In this document: one piece after another, positions 1 through 16,497 of the stretch
Layout: the number at the start of each line of letters is the position of its first letter
Numbering within the stretch: position 1 is the stretch's first letter
Notes under the pieces: generated by a model
What the model saw: only the letters and a program-made list of their open reading frames with translations
Databases searched by the model: none
What the model was told of the DNA's origin: nothing
Position numbers and translations under genes: made by a program
Assembly (NCBI GenBank): GCA_907165135.1
Contig: OU015568.1
Span: 11,284,001 to 11,348,000 of the forward strand
Length of the DNA: 64,000 bases
Source: Oikopleura dioica
Taxonomy: Eukaryota > Animalia > Chordata
Reading direction: 5' to 3'

Positions 1-241
1 TGTAAAAATATTGTCCTCGCATTTTCCTTCTATCTCCACCACTTCTCGCTTTTTCTCAAGGCGTCTCGTGGAAAAAACTCAACAAAAAACTGCTTTCGAT
101 CTCTTATACAATCACCTGATCTGTGTTTCTGCCCAGCTGACCTTTCTTCTACTTCTGCTACGTGCCTTTCCTACACAGCAGTGCAATATTATCTTAATCG
201 ATAACAAATTCTATAGTTTACCTTGTGAATAGGTTTTTAAT

Positions 242-1439
242 CTATTTAAATATGCAAAAATATTTATTTCTCCTTGTAAAGTACTCCTTTCGAGGAAACC
301 TTTTATCTGCCAAAAAACGGAAATCTCGTTTTTGAGGATGAGCCATTTTCAATTCATCTTCGGGAAGGATATTTTCAGCCGTATTTTTCTTTTCGGGTCT
401 TACACTACCTGGTACACACTTGAGAGTATAGTATTTCATACTGTGCTATTTATATTACCTATGTATTTGCTCCTATTCTGCTATTCTAAACGGTAGTAAT
501 TATAATTTTTAAGAAATTTACATATTCAAATTTTCGAATTTTAACTAGACCAATATTGGTGTTTTGACGGATAGAATCATAATAAAATAAAGCAAAAAAA
601 TATTTGAAATATTGTCGATTCATCAGGAGCCCTACAAGCACCTGCCTGTGAGCTCGAGAAAGTTGCGCTCATTGACACCGTGTCTCGGCATTAGCATGGC
701 TTTGGTCATCATTTGAAACAGGAGCATAGGCGGGGATTTTCCTCCATGATTTCAAAAGCGAAATAAAATTATGGCGCGTGGCTGAATGTGTGCCTTACAG
801 TTCCCTCTCCAGGAAAATACAGTAGAACGGATCTGAAGGAATCTTAGAGAATATATTGAAAAAATGATGAGCCAGAATTCGGCTTTTCTCTGAATAATTC
901 TCGTTGTGCCCTCCGCTCTACTGAAATATTGATCGATTCGGCTGTTTATCTCGAGTTCTAGTGCGCGCAGAAAGGAATCACAAAAAGTTCAAAATGACGG
1001 TAGAATCGAGAATAATGAGAAACAAACACTTACCCGGAAAAATACTGAGCAGAAGAGCGAGCTTGCAGAGGATTCCCGTAATAAGTCCCTTGATGAGGCG
1101 GCAATCCTCCGCAGCGTTGTTACTAAGGATGCGTTTCGAAATGAAAAAAAGCTGCACCATTATCCAAAAAATCGAATACAATTTATCGAGGATAAAATAC
1201 AATAGAATATTACCAAATTATGAATAATTATTTGCGAGCGCACTCAGAACAACCAGAACGGACAGACTGAAAATTTACTTACCATTTTGCGTCATGATGA
1301 TTGAATGGGTGGTTTTTTGTGCCTTCGTCCTATACGAGCGGATTCGAAAAGGAAGCATCAGATTATGATTATCCTGACCTTTACTTTTTGACAGCTTTCT
1401 TGAGAAAATTTCAAATCCGAAGAAGCTTATGACGCTCAT
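242..1439 (-). CDS. Possible spliced gene fragments of a hydrophobic/membrane protein; structure unresolved
   Basis: There are open coding-like stretches on the minus strand: MSVISFFG...MTQN followed by gtaagt at about 1285, YFILDKLYSIFWIMVQLFF, ELEINSRIDQYFSRAEGTTRIIQRKAEFWLIIFS and ORF 242-439. I could not join them into one consistent model and recognised no family. Confidence 0.3.
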
Positions 1440-1631
1440 TCCAACTCACAAGAGGATAGTCGAAACTTTCAAATGACAATTTCTGTGCACAGATTAATAA
1501 ACAACATAAATCGATGGTCTTTTATTCAAATATTACAGATGAAGAGAAAAGTGTCATAAACCATGAACTCTTGCAAATCTTTTGAAATTGGATCAAATCG
1601 AGTCAATCCTCATAAATATTTCAGGATTTGC

Positions 1632-2543
1632 CTAAGTGTTCGATCTTTTCATTCTAATAGGGTCTTCCCAGTAACTTTCCATCGCACATAGAATATCATC
1701 CTCACAGTTACCTGAAATGAATAAAAAAGATAAAACAATTTCACAACTTAATGAAATGGAACTATGGGAGGGTAAGATTAGCCGACTTGAGCTGTTGTAT
1801 AATTTGAATTGTAAAAAGATAATTTCTCTTCCAGAAAGGGTAACTTTTTCCTATATACTTATTTCTCAAAAGTATCTTGCGCTAAGAGCCCTCATCAAAA
1901 GTTGCTTACCTCTGCGATAACGTAGAATCCGATCATGAGCATAATAAGATAAACATAATGCCACATTTGAAGTCCTTCACTCGACGTCTAGGCGGATTTT
2001 GTTACTCTTTATCCGATTATGATTTGAAATCTGGGCAAAAGTCCGCTTTAGCTACAGTTTCACCGGATAGACTTTCCCTGCTAATCCTATCTTCGACAAA
2101 ATTACCAAAGTCGTTTTCTTAAAAATTATCAAATTGCTTACCTTGGTTAATGATATCATGTTATCCTTTCTTCTATGATTTCAGCCAGAAAATGAAATTT
2201 CTCTTTTTGAAGGTCCAATTTGTTTTGTTCTTTATAGAAGCCGACCGCTCATCAATAGTTAATATTATTCAAGCGCAACAGCGTTGTTTTCTCTGCTTCA
2301 GAATCTCAATCCCAAATTCGGAATAGGTTTCCTCGAACGCGATTGCCCCTGGAGAAATTGACGGGCAAATAAAGAGTTGCTTTTTTGGAGTGCCACTTCA
2401 AACCAAAACTCGCTGCATTTATCGATCCAGTTTTGTGCTTCTTCTTCGTTTTTCCTAAGCCACTTTCTAGGCAATTTGAAGAGATTAATGACGCTCTGCC
2501 ACTGTAAATCAGCACGCGTCAAAGCTGAGAAGAAGCCCTGCAA
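1632..2543 (-). pseudogene. Coding-like fragments with stops; possible decayed or unresolved gene
   Basis: ORF 2298-2543 is followed by downstream segments with GT-AG signals (gtaagc at about 2140 and 1910, ttcag acceptor at about 1712). Every frame I tried is broken by stops. Confidence 0.22.
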
Positions 2544-2907
2544 ATTAGAAACATATAAAAATAATCGATAAATTAATTTATTTTTCAGAAACTACGACAA
2601 CATCAGCAATAGTAAAGTTAAGTAAGCATAATGTCCAGTTTATCACAGAATTAGAAGCTACCTGTAAACTAGCACTTATACGTACGACAATACTCTGACA
2701 AGAAGAAAAAGTACAGTAGTTACTTTACAGTAGAAGGAATCTTTCTCAATATAGCATCATATTAAAGTATGCAGGTGTTTAAAATAAAACTTCGATTTTT
2801 GAAATATACAGCAATATTCTCTCGTCAAAATAGAAATGAGTCCTCGTTGATTTCAACCGAAATCTGGATTTAACGGTGTGTAATTTTTACATCTTTAGAA
2901 TTAAGAT

Positions 2908-6043
<3,136 letters not shown>

Positions 6044-7311
6044 CTTAAAAACGCCGGGTTATAACAAGTATGGTATGATGATATGAACTGTCATTCTAGT
6101 GCCGAGTACTCGGTGACGTTTCTGTCATTTTTGTAAGTTTGGCCACTCTGGCATTAGCTAGGTAGCGCTTGTCAAAACAATTTTCGCAAAATCAAATATT
6201 TCGTCCGGACGCATGTTTTTGTATTTTCGCGAAAAATGCAAAACCCTCGCAGAGGAAAATCGTAAATACGCCCGGCCGAAAATATCATAATATAAGTTTA
6301 GAAAGGGAGCCCGCGTAAACATATAGTAGCAGTGCTACTTTGTTTATATCCGGTGGAAGAATTGTTGCGCCTAAAATAATTGCCAAGGATTAGCGTCGAC
6401 TGGAAGGCGGCTAATTGCTATGAGCACTGTCAGTATTAACGAATTAGCAAGCGCAATTTGTGCCACCTCGTGTCACAAGTGTTAAATTTCAATTTCTAGT
6501 GAAAAACGAGCCTTTTTCATACTAAAAAAGTGGAAATAAAAGGAAGAGTGTTTAAAACTTTCCAAATAGGAGAATTTGTAATGCTCCGTTTTCTCGATCA
6601 TTTTAAAATTATAAACGAAAAATACTTCTTCTTCTTATTTGGGAAAACTTACTTGGATATCCAGGAATTCGATGATGCATAGACAGCGGATCCATTGGAT
6701 TTGAAAGGTTGGAAATCATTCCATAAGGAGATTTTAAGTAGGACATTGAGTTGCTGCCTAAAAATACGAATTAGACGAAATAGAGTGAGACATATTTTTA
6801 AGAAGAATCGAACACTTATTTTGACGGAACGATTCTGCGGTTATGGAATTGACTTGGACCTCGGAAGCGGATTACTTCACCCTAAGCTGCAAAAAGAGGG
6901 GACACGCTTGTGGCTTGGGTATGTTCCCGCGAAGGAGTACAATGTCTGGCAAAATTGAAAAAACTCCAGGAGAGAAAAATAACTTCTTATCTTCTTGCGC
7001 GTGCGTTATCAGTAGAGGGTCGGATATTTACGGGCGCATCCGGAGTACCGTGGGAAATTTTCGCTAATTGGCCTTGCATCTTTTTTCCATTCAAGAGCCC
7101 TTTCTAGCTTTTTTTCACGTTTGGAATAGAGGGTTGCTCCTTTTTACTTGTGTGAATTTATTCACTTAGTGGTTTCATTCTGATTTTCACGCATTGGGCG
7201 GTCGGGGTACCCATTACTCTAATTGCTTTTCTACCGGAGCTATTTAACCAAGGAAATCTCCAGGAAAGAAAGAAGTTACAGACCGTACAGTAGGCATTAT
7301 GGCGCCCGTAA

Positions 7312-8270
7312 GCGGATTAGCGCCGCCCGAACATGTTGAAAATAAGGATTATGGCGCGTTTCCGCGCGCTGATTGGCTGCGCACCAAAGTAATCGGTGGT
7401 GTAAGAGCGACACCACCACCATCCCTTTTTTATTGAAGACGGAAATATATTTATTTTATGCTACTAAACGATGCTTTTCTATTTAAAACTTCAGAGGGAG
7501 ATTATTTTCAATGTGTTTTTTCCATCTTACATCTAAATAGATCGTATTCTAAGGAAAAATAAATAATTCAAGTTGCTAAAATAATGATTTGATCATTGCC
7601 TAGACAAAGATAAATAACGACTCCCGAATCTGAAGTCAGAATGACAAAACAAAAGTGGGATGAAAAAAGCGAAAGTGACTAGATCCGGGCGGGGTCTAAT
7701 CCGCGCTCATCCCGCATCAGGGTAAACTTCTGGGTTCGGTGCCGGACCTTCTCTCTGAGCTCGCGTGTGGATTATTTCGCGAAAATTTACGTTGGCCAAC
7801 CTCGAGAGTTGGATCTTATAAGTTATTTGGAATGCATCTTGCGGCGGATCAAACGTTGCTAATCCGCCGGATGATCCAGATTTTTTGAGGCTCAATTCAT
7901 GAACGTCTAATATTGGCGTAACTCTCTATCTATGAAATTATAATTCTAGCTTGCGTTGAGGATTACTGGCTAAGGAAACACGTTGAGTAGGGGTAATCCC
8001 GCCGCGCTCAGAATGAAGGAAAAATCAAAACGACCCGAAAAGCGATAGAATTTGCATAAGCGGGTCAGGAACGGGTAGCTCCACCTTACAGGTACATATT
8101 TTTGACGCAATCAGAAGGAATGACTCTTTAGAAATTTGTTGAACAGAACTAATGAGCATTCTGGGGGCTAAGCTCAAACCTAAGATGCCTAAGCAGGGAT
8201 CGGCAAGTCGGCGAGAGCCTTGGCCCGGGCAGCTATTTTGACTTTGCAAAGTGTGGGCCACCTCTAATCC
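7312..8270. promoter_or_regulatory. Cluster of TAATCC/GGATTA (K50 homeodomain) sites upstream of otx
   Basis: Eight sites occur in about 960 bp (7314, 7346, 7697, 7769, 7860, 7960, 7994, 8265), and an ATTGG (CCAAT) box lies at about 7374. Function is inferred. Confidence 0.6.
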
Positions 8271-8449
8271 TCAAAATAAACCTTCTCTGCGAGCCCTGGG
8301 TTCAAAAAGAAACAGCGATAGAAGCCTCTTTCTCGCTCTAAAAGCGTTTAGTTTTTAAAAAGAAATTTTTACTTTCCGAGAAGCACGATAATGACATAAT
8401 CTCCTATGTTTTCATTGATTCCGGCAGATTCCAGCTACACAATGCGCAG

Positions 8450-9890
8450 TTACGGTTAATTTGAAATCAATGCAAAGAAACAGGTGCTATCCTTATTCAC
8501 GCAAACACCTTCCATGGGAGTTCCTTTTGTGGATTGTGCTCCGGAAGTGCTTCCAGACCCATCTTCTGACAAAGAGAGCAAGTTCATTATCAGTACGTCT
8601 GGCCCCATTATAACTACAGAACCCACTGAGCGCGCTTATAGAGCCTCAGGAAGAGCTTAAGGGTGTGTATGCCGCTTATCAAGAAGTCAACGCACTTGTT
8701 AGGGACTTACCAATGCCTGAAAAGGCCTGAGCGGCGATTGGATCAGGGGGATTGGCTCCCTCCTGATCGTCTCGTTGTTGGTTCCACAGTTTCTTTTCTT
8801 GCTCCCAGTAAGTGTAGGCCGAGTACTGCTCCTCGGCGAGACTGGTGGAGTTGGGGGAGTAGCTCGGCGCTTCCTCGGTGATTGCCAGCTTGTCAGCTTT
8901 GCTCTCTGGAAAAGTCAGCTGCTCTCTCGCTCGCGCGTTTGATATCTTTATAGGATTTGGCAGAGGGATTTGTCTCTGAGCGGATTTGTTGATGTTGAAG
9001 TGCTCGTCGTATCAACTGGGAGGTTTGGAGGTGAGCGATTCGTTGCTCCGCCGCAGCGGAACGCAGCCGCGCCACCCAACGGAGCAAAGAAGCGAGAATC
9101 GCAAGCGCGTACGCCCTCCTGCGGGAGCATGAGGAAACCCTGCGCGGATCTGTCTTCCTTCTCCTGCAACAAAACAACCTTTCTTGATCAAGAAAGATTG
9201 CCAAAAGCTTGACTCCCTTGGGGACTTGTCAGCTGATCTTGTTTACTGTCTAGTAGATGTAGACTTTGAATCGATTTATAGAGTATGAATAGCGACTTTT
9301 ATCCGTATTTGCGATTTTTGATATTGAAAAATAATATCTTCAATGATTTTTGCTCAAAAATGCTTTTTAATTTGAAATATAATTTGAAATAAATGCTTTT
9401 TTAATGAAATATAAGCAGCTTATCTTTTAAAAAAGGGATCAATAACAATCGTCTAAAAAGTTTTGTCTGAAGTTATCGGAACCTGCTGACTTAAATTTAG
9501 GATAAAGGATCTTCTTAAAAGATTTTATTCAACGTGTTTGGCTAATTCACTTCCTCGATTACGATTGAGCCCGCTGGTGGAAACAGAATTATCAGGGAGG
9601 AATGTGTTGGTGGTGCTCAGCGTTTGCGGCGGTGTAGTTGTGCGCGGATTAGCGCCGCCCGACACCCCAACAGCCAACTATCTCCTGAATAATCCGCTCG
9701 TCCAAATTTCCAGCCGCCGTCTTATTCCACCGCCACCAGTTCCAATCATCAGATTATTGACACTGAAATGAAACAACACATTTTGCAACAAGTCGAGTTC
9801 TTGACGCTCTTCTTCTGAATAAAGATTCTTGCTATCATTTATATAACCCGGCTCGCATTCTGAAACACCAGCCGTTTTCAATTCATTCAT
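8450..9890 (-). CDS. Spliced gene of unknown function upstream of otx
   Basis: Plausible exons are MNELKTAGVSEC...DLLQN, (ttgcag)EKEDRSAQGFLMLPQEG...PPNLP and ISNARAREQLTFPESK...YSAYTYWEQEKKLW...AFSGI followed by gtaagt at about 8718. The last exon is ambiguous and I recognised no family. Confidence 0.45.
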
Positions 9891-12800
9891 GTGAATAAAA
9901 CTCGCATATCAGGATAATAATTATGTTAATTCGAAGATATTAAAAACGTCTTTTATTGTGCAACAGCTTTTAACAACTATCAACGAAAGGTGTTCTTTTC
10001 ATAATTAAAATAAGCTTTCTATAATGATTTGGGAAAATGCAGAATACGAGTGCTTTGATAATATCACTGCCCAAAAAATGGCTTATAAAAGAGAGTAAAA
10101 GGGATGAGCTGGCTCGTGTGGCGAAGGGGGGATAATCCGGGCGCTAATACGGCCAGAATGTACTTTGACGCTCAATTAAGCGCCTCCTAAGCCGGATTGG
10201 ACTTGTAACTCTGTTACCGGTCGGTCGCCTCTCTCGACGGATGATCTGGCTCATCCGCCTGACGATTACGATTTTCGAGCAAAATCCCCACACCAAGACA
10301 GCCTTAATCTATTTTCTAAAAAGCGCGAGTACTTTTTACGTATTTAGACACTCTTCCCAAGCTCAAACGAGCTACAGAAAATCTATAACGAGGGTTTGAA
10401 GTAATATAACATGCGTGAAATTAGTACTAGCGCCGATTAAATATTCAATGGCTTTTCCTTTCTGAGAAGGGAGTACCCGCTGAGGAACACTGTCGGATTT
10501 TGGCGCATTTCCCACGAGTTATATCGAGGAGTACTTTTGTCGTTTAATTAAAAGCTCGAAGGATGAAATTCACAACAGTTCGAATATTATTCAGGATTCT
10601 GGGCGTATATAGTTATACTGTATAACTTATACAAGACCTATAAAAAGTGCCCTGATCAACTTTTTGTTTCATAAAAATGGACGAAATTCTCTTTGGAAAT
10701 TTACTAAGAAAGGCGATTTTGGATATAAAACTTCTATATAATTTCTTATTCAGCATATATTTGTTGATATGCCTTCATCTTGCCACGCTTCGAATAATGA
10801 AAAGTTAAAACAAAGCTTTGGGGAGTTATTTCTTTGGAGTGTTTGTGAAAACTGTGATAAGACGCGCTTTCATTCGTAAAAACGCCGACGAGCCCTAAAG
10901 ACGCTCTTAGAACAACACAAATCTGCCAAAGAACACTCCGCTGGACGAAAAGCGCGTCAAGGCCATTTCATTGTCTTCTGCTGGAATCTTTCAATTTTAG
11001 TTTTATTTTAACTTCGACCTAACGAGAAGGGCTCAAATACCATCAATGTGAATCAAGGCGCGGTGATGTTGCCCTTTCCACGAGATCCAGGTGGAACACC
11101 TTGAGGAGGAAAGGCACGTGCGAAGAAGTTGCGGTACCCTTTTTTTGAGTGACGAGCATTTGTGTTACATTCATTTCCTAGTTTTAATGTTCATATAAGC
11201 TGATTGACGAGTTGATTTTCTTCAAAAATGGATTAGTTTGTCAGCTCTGAATTCAATTGAATTCAATTGAATTGGCTTATATAAACCTTTCATAATCTAC
11301 TGAAACAAATTTTTCTTTTAACAAGAATATTGTTACATAAAATAGAAGAAGTACTAGAAGTAGATGATATCGCGTTCCTGAACACACGACGGGGCCGGTG
11401 GCCAGCGAGTGGCTCTGTGTATCGCCGCGCCTGAGCCTTCCGGATTATGCGCACTGGTGACAAAATTGGAACTTCCGAAATACAAAATTTTCTAGCGGCC
11501 AAGAAACATCAGTAGACTCAGGCCTTTTGAGCGCGCATTTAGAAAACATCCTCGTCGGCAAAGACGCAAGCAGATTTTCTTAACTTCAGACGGCTGGATG
11601 GCCATTTTCTTGGTATAGAAAGATGAGGAAGAGGAAGGCTAGGTGGGTGTTATAAAAAGACTGAGACTTTCACTTCGACCGTAACGTGAAATCGGGTGGC
11701 TAGGTAAAATTGTTGGAAATGGAAGCGACCGCTCTTGCGGGTGGCGCCGTAATTTCTAAAGTACCCTAATTCGATTAAAATATTCGGCCTCGACCGTAAC
11801 GCAAAAAATTTTCACGAGCAAGGAAAATATTTGTCCGCGGCTGGAGCCTCCCTGTCGAGCTCTCCTAGACGATTGACGAACTCGCTAATGTCATATTAGG
11901 GAATATTATCTCAACCCCGAGGAGGCAGAGAGAAAGAGGAAACTGTTATTGCAAGCCGTAATGAGGGCCATTTAGGGAGCGCGTAAATATTTGAAATGAA
12001 AATAATCTATTATGGCTTTTTTACAAAAGTCTAAAAAGAAGTTAGGCTCTAGGCTGGAGGCTCTAGCAATATAAAAAAATATAAAGAATTTTTATTCTGA
12101 AATGAGAAAATACAAAATTTAAGGCTTCTTTGGCTATTTTTGCATATTACAGGAAAAATAAGAAGAAAGATCAAAGATGTTTCAGTTTGTTTATTCTGTT
12201 ATTTTGTCGGTGGCAATTAGCAGTGCGATTACAGTATCTCGCCACGGGGTGCCACGTGAGAGAAACTTTTTTTTGTGATTTGTTCTTTGGCCGCTTCTGC
12301 GCCGTCGGCTAAATCCGCTTTGCCCGCGAGCGTGTTCTTTGAGGATCACTTCGCTATGCGCACCCGTCGCTTCAGGCAATCTCGTCCAACTCGTAATCGA
12401 TTAAATTCCATCGAGCTGGCTAGAACAAGCTCTATAAATCCAATCTGCTTCACTTTCCTACCGTCTGTGTTTCTTCTAATTTTCGATCAAGGAATTGGCA
12501 AATTGACGCTTTCTGTTTGTTTGCCTATATTTTGGCAACAAACAGAATCTTTACTTTTATCAGTCATTTACGCTCCTAAGTGGAGAAACTGATAAAGGCG
12601 TCACCTGCTGTGGGGCACGCGTGGGAACCCAAGGTCACTTCTCCAGAGCACCCGGGGTCGGAATCGTATTTTGCAAACACGCTATTGTTCTCAACAGTTC
12701 TTGAAAGCAAAACAACTACGCATAAACGATTGAGTAATATCCTAGTTAGCCTTCTTGAAATTAGCGCTTTCCGTAAAATTTTGTTATCAACGTCTTGTCT

Positions 12801-15348
12801 GAGCTGAAAAACTATCTCCTCACTGGTACAGGATCATTTTGTTCGGGCCAAATCCGGCAGATAGCGGATTTTCTCCCGAATCCGAAATTTTGCGATCGCT
12901 GATAATTTGATAATAAAGCTGATCCGGGCGACTTTATCGAACACAGGATGGATTCGCTGAAAGAGCCGTTTTATGCCACTAGAATCGTTCGAAAGTGAGC
13001 TCACATGATACTAACCCTGAGCCGGGGCTTTCCGGATTAGAGCATTGTGTCCGTTTTTCATCCCTTTTGAAATGGCGTCCAGGGTCAGCGCCCATCAAAG
13101 ACTGGAATTGACCGGGATTGCCAATAAAGAGCTTTTTAAGCAATTTGAATTTATTCAAATTTTACAAAAGACAAACCAGCTCGGCGCGTGCTCTTTGATC
13201 ACCCGCCGCGCTATCACGTGTTCCGTTATCAGCAGAAGGGGGCAGAAAAACGGAAGAAAAAGAAAGAGTGAATGAGCTCTTTGGCTAATCCGAAAACCTC
13301 CTTCGCCGATTTTGAGCTGCCCCTTGAATTAAACTCTCGAGCTGCCATCGAAAACATTTTTTCGACCAGTGAAAATAACCACCTGGTGGAACAGCCACTC
13401 ACGATCAAAATTGACCAGAAAACTTCAACAGCGATAAGGAGCTGCATTATCATTAATTTGGATTATTTTCTATTCAAAATATTTAAGAAATTTAATTAAC
13501 TTTTTCTCTTTTTCGACATGATTCAGTAGAACTATCAGTAGAAAAGGGCTAGATTTCTTGTGGTGCGAAAGTTTTCTTCTTCTACTTCGAATGTGCAATT
13601 TCGTAGCTGCCGAGAAAACACGCTCGGCGCCATGAATCCGGCTAGTCTCCTGATTAATACTTTCCTGGCGCCTGTTTCTGCTTAAACAAATTCAAATAAA
13701 CCTTCTCTGAAAACGTATATCCAGTTTTTCAAAGTACCATTCTTGCGCTTTTTAAGCTTTGTCGACCAGATGGGCGTACTCGAAGAAATGCTTGTAATTC
13801 AGCGTAAATACTACAAACGATATCTGAAAGGTTCACCAGCTGCAGCTGCGCCAGGCCTTCAAGACGACTGAGTGAATTCGTATTTTCGAAAAATTTTCAC
13901 CGCCGCTCCAACTGCCATGTTCCACTTGACACCAGTGACGTTTGATAAAGTGCCACACAGAGTGGGACCCAAAGAGACACATCGCTAGTAAGGAACACTT
14001 ATTCATACAGGCAGACGAGCAAACCGGAAGCTCAAGGGATCCTCCAGGAATCCTTTTCTGAAAAAAATGAATGATCAAATTTTTGTTGGGGCAAGTTGGC
14101 TCAATCCAAACTGCGGTCGACTTTTTGGAGCGTCGGAACTCCTCCACTTCAGATTTGCTTATTCTTTCAGTACAAGGTGTTATCGTTTTACATTTTTCTC
14201 TAATATTCGAGACCTGAATTTTATTCAAAAGAGATTTGTACTAGAAGATTCGTCGAGCTGAAAAAGGTTTTCAATAGCAATTACTTTTGTTAATAATCAT
14301 TTAGGAGATAGAATCAAAGTTTGAGTTAATTTTGGTGTCTTATTTAGTCTGAGAACACTTTTGCATCCTTTTGATTAGCACTTGATTTGATAAGTGCTCA
14401 TAGTGCTGCATTTTCTGGAGTTTTGAGCATCGAAGTTAATCCCACTTGCTCAAAATATCGAGTTGCATTTGATAAAGGCGGGGGCCACTCTGCTGGCACC
14501 ACCACCGCCGCTCTTTTTTGAGCCGCTGGGACTTGCTCGAGGAGTACTAAGGGTAGCCGAAGGATAAGCTGTTGTCCCCAGCTGGGCACAATAAAACGAC
14601 CCAAAGCGCTCAAGAATCGGAAACGCATGGGAAAATGGGGAGCAATGATCAACAAGATTCCGCAATTCTTCTGAAATCGGTGCTTTAAAAAGTTTCAAAA
14701 GATTAAATCTACAAAGGATAAATTCAAATATGTTCGTGGAAAGTCGTTCACATAAACTCCTTTTAGGGAAGGTATATCTTAAAAGACACAGCTGATTTTA
14801 TGGGATATTTCCACGACTGTCGGCCGTGGCGAATAAGGGCTGCTCATGTCTTCGCTCTCCTTTTCTTTATTTCTTTCAAAACAGTTTCTGATTTGGTTTC
14901 CATTGAATTTATCCGAAAGAAAAGTCATCTGATGATTTGAGAACTAACTTTTGATTCCGATGTGGAATAATTTTTAAAAATGGAAACCAATCTTAGCTGG
15001 TTCATCAGTTTTCCGACTGTCACAAGATCCTGGAGGAGCATTGAAAGCTCACGGAAGAAAGCGTGTCGTTCAGACTTCCGAAAAACCGAAACAAACACAG
15101 TCTAAATCGAAAAAGAACAAACTGAGTTTCGAAAAAGTCATGGGATAAGAATTGCGAATCTTTCTTGAAAACAAATTTTTATTCATTACGTTCTAAATAA
15201 TAGTCTAATTATGTTCCTCAAACTCGTGATTATTCCATTCAAGATGGCACAATTGAACTGGAAAACTACCGGGAAGAATCTGCTATATCTCCATGGGCAA
15301 GAACCCTATCAAGAAAGCGTTTCTGATTGCAGGCAAATAGAAAAAGTG

Positions 15349-15420
15349 TGGAGATGCCGGGTATCGATCCCGGTACCTCTCGCATGCTAAGCGAGCGCTC
15401 TACCATTTGAGCTACACCCC
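15349..15420 (-). tRNA. trnA-AGC: tRNA-Ala (AGC)
   Basis: The reverse complement reads GGGGTGTAGCTCAAATGGTAGAGCGCTCGCTTAGCATGCGAGAGGTACCGGGATCGATACCCGGCATCTCCA. It forms a cloverleaf with anticodon AGC and is followed by a T5 Pol III terminator. Confidence 0.97.
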
Positions 15421-15516
15421 TTGGCAATATCATGCCTACGGCGAGTTTCGCGTCTTGAAAAATTAACGATCAGTAGTTTTGGTTATCTGGTAGAGCCTTT
15501 GAGGTCACTAGTTCAA

Positions 15517-15588
15517 GGGGTGTAGCTCAAATGGTAGAGCGCTCGCTTAGCATGCGAGAGGTACCGGGATCGATACCCGGCATCTCCA
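15517..15588 (+). tRNA. trnA-AGC: tRNA-Ala (AGC), identical second copy
   Basis: Same 72-nt sequence as the minus-strand copy, followed by a TTTT terminator. Confidence 0.97.
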
Positions 15589-16497
15589 AACCTTTTGGTC
15601 TTTGCCCCTAGAAAAATATGCCAAGTGTGCAATAACTGGAACAAGCGATGGTTAAATATTTTATTGGCAATTAAGTTTGAACAATGTATGAAAGAAAAGA
15701 GCTTTTTGACTCGAGTTGAGCCTTCCGAGCTCTTCCCGTAAGCCGATTAGGCTCAAAGTGGTCCACTGAATTTTGAGATCGAATTAATTTTTCAACCAGA
15801 GTTTTTCCTTTTCTCAGGCGAATTCGCACCTCAAGCTTGCTTCAGTCGTTCCAAGGAGAACGTTTTTGATCATCTTCAGCAAGGCCAAGTTTGAATAATT
15901 ATTTCTTTGGTGCTATTTTTCATTCAAACGGAAATTTAATGTTTATGATCTTTTAAAATTGAAACAGTCTTATCCCCGATAAGATGAGAAACTCAGCAGG
16001 TGTTCGTCGGGACTTAGCCGTATCATAAAGTTGAAATTAAAAATTAATGCTATTGAAAGTGGAGTGTTATAATTTCCCAGTTCCTTTGTCTTAATTCCAA
16101 TTCTGGCTGCGACTGCGTCTCCTTATCAATTCCAGATGCTCGGCGGGGAGTCCCGGCGCAGCGACTGATAAGGGAGGCCCATTCTCGTTTCCACTCTAGC
16201 TCGCGAGTTCGAAAAAGGCTCCGCGTCGAGCTTCGAAAAGGATAATCCGATTACGCAACTAAAACGCTTTATTTTCTCTAGTTCCGGTCAAAATATACCC
16301 GATAATTGATGCCATAATTGACTTGTGGCTTCATAACAAGCAATTAAAACATATGTTAATATTTATCATTCAGTAATGATTTTGCACATAAAAATTTTCA
16401 AGAACTGCTATTTTCACTACACTAAAAATATTAATGTTTTGACTTCGTTGGAATTACTTAGAATAAAATATACATTATCCGCAAAATACTCAGTATT

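Noticed and set aside
9770-9830. YSEEERQELDLL resembling homeodomain helix 1 (possible second Otx)
   Set aside because: No helix 3 (WFxNRR) or other homeodomain residues appear in any downstream frame.
11248-11274. GAATTCAATT x2.5 palindromic micro-repeat
   Set aside because: It is too short and AT-rich to distinguish from local slippage.
12191-12807. ORFs at 12.2-12.8 kb
   Set aside because: The frames on both strands are stop-broken or low-information, and no model is supportable.
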